From assembly GCA_020532355.1 (NCBI GenBank), contig JAJBBD010000138.1, positions 1-61,046 on the forward strand: a stretch of 61,046 nt of DNA. Reading direction: 5' to 3'. A program made the position numbers and the translations under genes. Positions 57,412-61,046 of this stretch are shown in pieces (within the stretch, counting starts at the first letter, position 1; every line of letters starts with the position of its first letter). The DNA comes from Candidatus Cloacimonadota bacterium (GTDB taxonomy: Bacteria > Cloacimonadota > Cloacimonadia > Cloacimonadales > Cloacimonadaceae). The notes beneath the pieces are model-generated. The model was not told where the DNA came from. It ran no database searches and saw only the letters and a program-made list of their open reading frames with translations.

Positions 57412-59285
57412 TAGTTCACCTCCATTTGTCGTGCTAATTCTTTGAGCGTATCGTAGACATTTGCGCGTATGTTTATAAACATATCGATCCCAGATTTCTT
57501 GTAGGATTCCACCATATCAGACGGAAATCCTGCAAGTATCTTAATTCTACCGCTCAACTTTGCACATAATGCCGGTACCAATTCCTGATATTTCTCATCT
57601 GTGCTGCAAATACACACAGCAGAGTAGTCTTTGGCTGCTTCCACCGCTGTTTCCACATCGTCATAACCCGTTTTGTACACAACCTTAAATCCTCCCACTT
57701 GAAAGAACCCGGAAGAAAAATCTGCCCGTGCTTTATATTCTGCCAAAGTGCCCATCGTTAGCAAAAAGACTTCCTTTCCAGCTTGTTGCACCTTTGCTCT
57801 AAAAGCTTCCAAAGCCTCCACTGCTCTAAGCCTCGGTAATGCACCCCGTTCCAAGCTTACCGCCGCTTCATTCGCTTTACTCAGGCTTCCAATTATTGTT
57901 AAGGCTTGATCTTCGGGATTGGCATACATATTGACGCCCACAAATACATCACGCCGTTTGTGTACTGCATCAATCTTGGCTTTTGCGGTTTGGGCAATCA
58001 TATCATGCACCTTCCCAGCTCTTAAAGCACGTATCATCCCCCCTTCGGTTTCCAATTTCTGCATTATCTGCCAAGCGAGTTCTGCTAATTGCGCAGTTAG
58101 GCTTTCAATATAATAGCAACCTCCTGCCGGATCTACCACTTTGCTGAAGTGTGCTTCTTCTGCAAGAATCAATTGCTGATTGCGAGCTATTCTGCGAGCA
58201 AAAGCATTATCCTCTTTTACGAGTTGATCAAAAGGATCGGTTTCCATGCTATCCACTCCACCTATTACTCCCGAAAAACTCTCGGTTGTGGTACGTAGCA
58301 TATTTACATACAGATCGTATGTAGATTTGTTGAAGCTTGCCGTTTTGCCATGAATCCAGATTTTCTGAGAATTTGCATCGCCTCCAAAGGCTCTAATCAT
58401 CTCAGCCCATAGTAGGCGGAATGCACGCACTTTAGCAATTTCCATAAAGAAATTTGACCCCAAAGACAGCTTAACAGCAAAAAGCGGTGCCACTGTATTG
58501 ATATCCATCCCGGCAGCCAGCATCCCATGAATGTATCCAATGGCAGTATCCAGCACAAAAGCTAATTCCTGCGTACTAGATGCACCGGCAGCTTCATATA
58601 CCGTACCGTCTACAATAAACGCTCGGATTTTCGGTGCCCGATTTGCCCTTTGAATTACGCTATCCGATACTTTTTGCCAAACTTCTTCCAAAGGTTTAGA
58701 AAGATATCCCTTGCGTGCAAATTCACTGGTTGGATCATAGCCCAAAAATGCTTGCAAATCGCGCAAATTCTTCTGCTGTTCTTCCAGATACTCATCAAGA
58801 ATGCCCAACACATCTTCATCATCGGTATCCATCTGAATAAACAGCGGAGCCGCAGCCAAATCTATACCATCTAATGCAATACGCAGATCCTTTAGGCTTT
58901 TAAGCTTGATCCCACCGGGAAAATCGTCGTGTGCCAGCTTCAGATTTACCATCGAAAGACCACGCATCAGTTCGTACTTTAAGTTCTTATTCAATTCTTT
59001 CAGGTCCGGATTTTGTTGCGCTTGAGCTACTTTCCAGCCCTCTGCTATAAACTTCTGCGGATCGTTGCCTCTTACATAGGGTGTTTGCCCAGGTTCACTT
59101 TTACAAAATCCAAATCTGGCAATATCTTCTTTACGGTAGATCGGATTTAAAGTGATTTCTTCAATCGTGCGAGTTTTCATCACCTTGTCGTAATCCGCAC
59201 CCTTCAAAGAATCCTCTACCAACTTCTTCCATTCTTCCCATTTGGGTGGAGAAAAATCTTTACTTAAGTTCAATTTAGTATCCAC
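57411..59285 (-). CDS. mutA: methylmalonyl-CoA mutase small subunit
   Basis: Homologous mutase fold ([22 protein letters not shown]) without a DxHxxG cobalamin-ligand motif. 1-nt overlap with mutB. Confidence 0.85.
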   Translation of the reverse strand: MDTKLNLSKDFSPPKWEEWKKLVEDSLKGADYDKVMKTRTIEEITLNPIYRKEDIARFGFCKSEPGQTPYVRGNDPQKFIAEGWKVAQAQQNPDLKELNKNLKYELMRGLSMVNLKLAHDDFPGGIKLKSLKDLRIALDGIDLAAAPLFIQMDTDDEDVLGILDEYLEEQQKNLRDLQAFLGYDPTSEFARKGYLSKPLEEVWQKVSDSVIQRANRAPKIRAFIVDGTVYEAAGASSTQELAFVLDTAIGYIHGMLAAGMDINTVAPLFAVKLSLGSNFFMEIAKVRAFRLLWAEMIRAFGGDANSQKIWIHGKTASFNKSTYDLYVNMLRTTTESFSGVIGGVDSMETDPFDQLVKEDNAFARRIARNQQLILAEEAHFSKVVDPAGGCYYIESLTAQLAELAWQIMQKLETEGGMIRALRAGKVHDMIAQTAKAKIDAVHKRRDVFVGVNMYANPEDQALTIIGSLSKANEAAVSLERGALPRLRAVEALEAFRAKVQQAGKEVFLLTMGTLAEYKARADFSSGFFQVGGFKVVYKTGYDDVETAVEAAKDYSAVCICSTDEKYQELVPALCAKLSGRIKILAGFPSDMVESYKKSGIDMFINIRANVYDTLKELARQMEVN

Positions 59286-59303
59286 TTAGCTGAACTCCTT
59301 ATC

Positions 59304-60590
59304 TTATTCTTGTATTAAAGCTTGAACTGGTTTCATGCCCATTGCCGAACCACTCTCGATAGCTGAAAGAATAGCACCGCCGCCTGTAAAAAAATAGTAC
59401 GATGCATTTCTTTGCGCTTGAGCAAACATACCCGGGAGATAGGTACCAAAATCTTGAATTGTATCTCCTCCCCCAAATAACTTGCGTGCCAGCGAGTTCT
59501 CATCGATCAGGCGATACATAGCCATGCTGCCCTCAGCAAAAAGCGCCGTATAACCCATTACTGCATTTACAAATACAGTGCCGGCACCAGCAAATACCTT
59601 TTTAATCTCTTCTTGCGCAAACGATTCCGGAGCCGCATCCAAAATATAACCAATGGCTTCACTTTGATCCCATTCTGCTAAATCCTTGATGTTATATACA
59701 TCCCAGTTATCCTCTGTACGCTCATCAATACTGCTACACAATACTACATAGGGCAGTTCTACCACTTTCCGGATACTTTCTCCGCTATCACGGATGAACT
59801 GCTTGGCTGCCGAAACATCAGCTTCGTTGATGCCGCTAATATTAATGCCATATTTTGCAGCTAGATAGGCATTGTAGATTACCCCTCCCAAGACCAGATG
59901 GTCTGCATTTTGGATTAGAGCGGAAAGTGGTCCGATCTTGGTATCGAATTTACTCCCCGCTACCACTGCCACTAAAGGACGCTTAGGCTTAAACACTTTC
60001 TCCAGACTGTCGATTTCTTTTTGCATCAACAATCCCGCATAAGATGGCAAATACTTGGTGATATGATAGGTGCTCGCATGAGCCTGCCAACTACCAAAAG
60101 CATCGTTAATATACACATCGGCAAAAGCCGCCAGAGCTTTGGCAAAATTATCCGCACTTTCGTCTTTGGCTTCTTCGCCTTTGAACCAGCGCGTATTGGG
60201 TAAATAAACAAAATCGCATGCGCCCTTTTTTAGGAGGGAAACACCTTCTGCTAACGGATTTAAATCGCTAATCCCATAAGAATCTGTTGCCGGCATTTTC
60301 GGAACAAAACCTTTTAGCTGCAATTTTTGGCCTAGATAGTCCACAATCGCATCTACAGATTCCAGCTCAGATATACTTATCTTTTTTGTTAGCTTATCGT
60401 AGGGACGTCCTACATGACTCATCAGGATGGGCATGCCGCCCTTTTTAAAGATATGAAGCAAAGTAGGAATTGTGGCATCAATGCGCATGGGATCTTTGAT
60501 CCTGCCTTTTTTTACCACATTATGATCCATACGGACAAGCACAATCTTGCCCCTAAGATCTGCATCCATCATGCCTGGTATGTAGCTCAT
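59304..60590 (-). CDS. pgk: phosphoglycerate kinase
   Basis: VRMDHNV...RIDATIPT...MSHVGRP N-terminal signature and FGGGDT near the C-terminus. 428 aa, somewhat longer than typical PGKs. Confidence 0.8.
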   Translation of the reverse strand: MSYIPGMMDADLRGKIVLVRMDHNVVKKGRIKDPMRIDATIPTLLHIFKKGGMPILMSHVGRPYDKLTKKISISELESVDAIVDYLGQKLQLKGFVPKMPATDSYGISDLNPLAEGVSLLKKGACDFVYLPNTRWFKGEEAKDESADNFAKALAAFADVYINDAFGSWQAHASTYHITKYLPSYAGLLMQKEIDSLEKVFKPKRPLVAVVAGSKFDTKIGPLSALIQNADHLVLGGVIYNAYLAAKYGINISGINEADVSAAKQFIRDSGESIRKVVELPYVVLCSSIDERTEDNWDVYNIKDLAEWDQSEAIGYILDAAPESFAQEEIKKVFAGAGTVFVNAVMGYTALFAEGSMAMYRLIDENSLARKLFGGGDTIQDFGTYLPGMFAQAQRNASYYFFTGGGAILSAIESGSAMGMKPVQALIQE

Positions 60591-61046
60591 GTTTCACTCC
60601 AGTTTTATGTTTTTTAGCTCAATTCAACTTAGAGATTTCATTGTTTGTGCAATTGGCTTTACGTCAAGAACTTTTTGGATTCTGAGTAAAGTGAATTTAG
60701 CAACAGATGAATATAAAGAGTCACTCATATTTACAAATGGAGATCGCTTGGATAAATGGGAATGAAGTCTTATGTGGTTGGGAGATAGAAAAGACTTTTT
60801 ATGGATAATTGCTTGCTTGGGTTTAGACCTTTTTGTGCGTGTTTGGATCACCAATTATTGCAAATTGAGCTTACTTCGGACAATTTATGGTCTTTGGCGT
60901 TTAGCTCTGAATTTACCGAATTTCATAAGCCGCAAAGAAGTAACAATACTCCGATCAGAAATGCATCACCCCCCTTTTCTTCGTCTATAATCCTAACCTT
61001 GTAATCTGAATGATTAAGTCGCATTTCTACCAGTTTAGATAATAAA

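Noticed and set aside
60591-61046. Overlapping 67-76-aa ORFs on both strands upstream of pgk
   Set aside because: They have no RBS, no motifs and odd composition, and they mutually overlap. The region is left unannotated, and the window also ends here. It may hold the pgk promoter or the end of an unseen feature.
1-61046. CRISPR arrays, transposases, integrases, reverse transcriptases and restriction or other known defence genes
   Set aside because: I scanned all translated ORFs and the intergenic regions. I found no regularly spaced direct repeats and no such protein motifs.

Overview
This is a 61-kb AT-rich bacterial chromosomal window. Its gene content fits an anaerobic diderm of the FCB group. 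My guess is Cloacimonadota-like, but that is inference from gene content only.

Recognisable core blocks:
- rpmH-rnpA-yidD-yidC-jag (rpmH is too short for the ORF track and was found by hand).
- A CIRCE-preceded groES-trxA pair.
- A roughly 13-kb tightly packed minus-strand string: oadB-like, cdd, radical SAM, amidase, sensorless histidine kinase, PDZ/DUF512, ribH, nusB, GT2, radical SAM/SPASM-like, membrane PQQ-propeller protein, DUF4159, lpxH, cyclophilin, PNPOx-like.
- skp-lpxD-lpxC/fabZ-lpxA.
- gcvPA-gcvPB.
- A four-cluster ferredoxin plus a long AOR-family oxidoreductase.
- tRNA-Leu(CAG).
- cupin, PIN-PhoH and an alanine racemase fused to an unknown domain.
- A binding protein plus a Cache/HAMP/PP2C phosphatase.
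- pgk-mutA-mutB-meaB.

An accessory stretch (about 8.5-21 kb, plus 34.9-36.7 kb) encodes large secreted proteins with T9SS-type C-terminal domains, a LamG protein, a methyltransferase, an AraC/GyrI regulator, and a winged-helix protein fused to an apparently inactive M29-peptidase-like domain.

The most unusual sequence-level signal is a dispersed intergenic repeat family of about 130-180 nt that carries a hairpin. There are four clear and three degenerate copies, in both orientations, two of them in tandem upstream of gcvPA. The copies punctuate the accessory region.

I saw no CRISPR array, transposase, integrase, reverse transcriptase or recognisable defence gene. All protein calls rest on motif recognition in the supplied translations; no database search was run.
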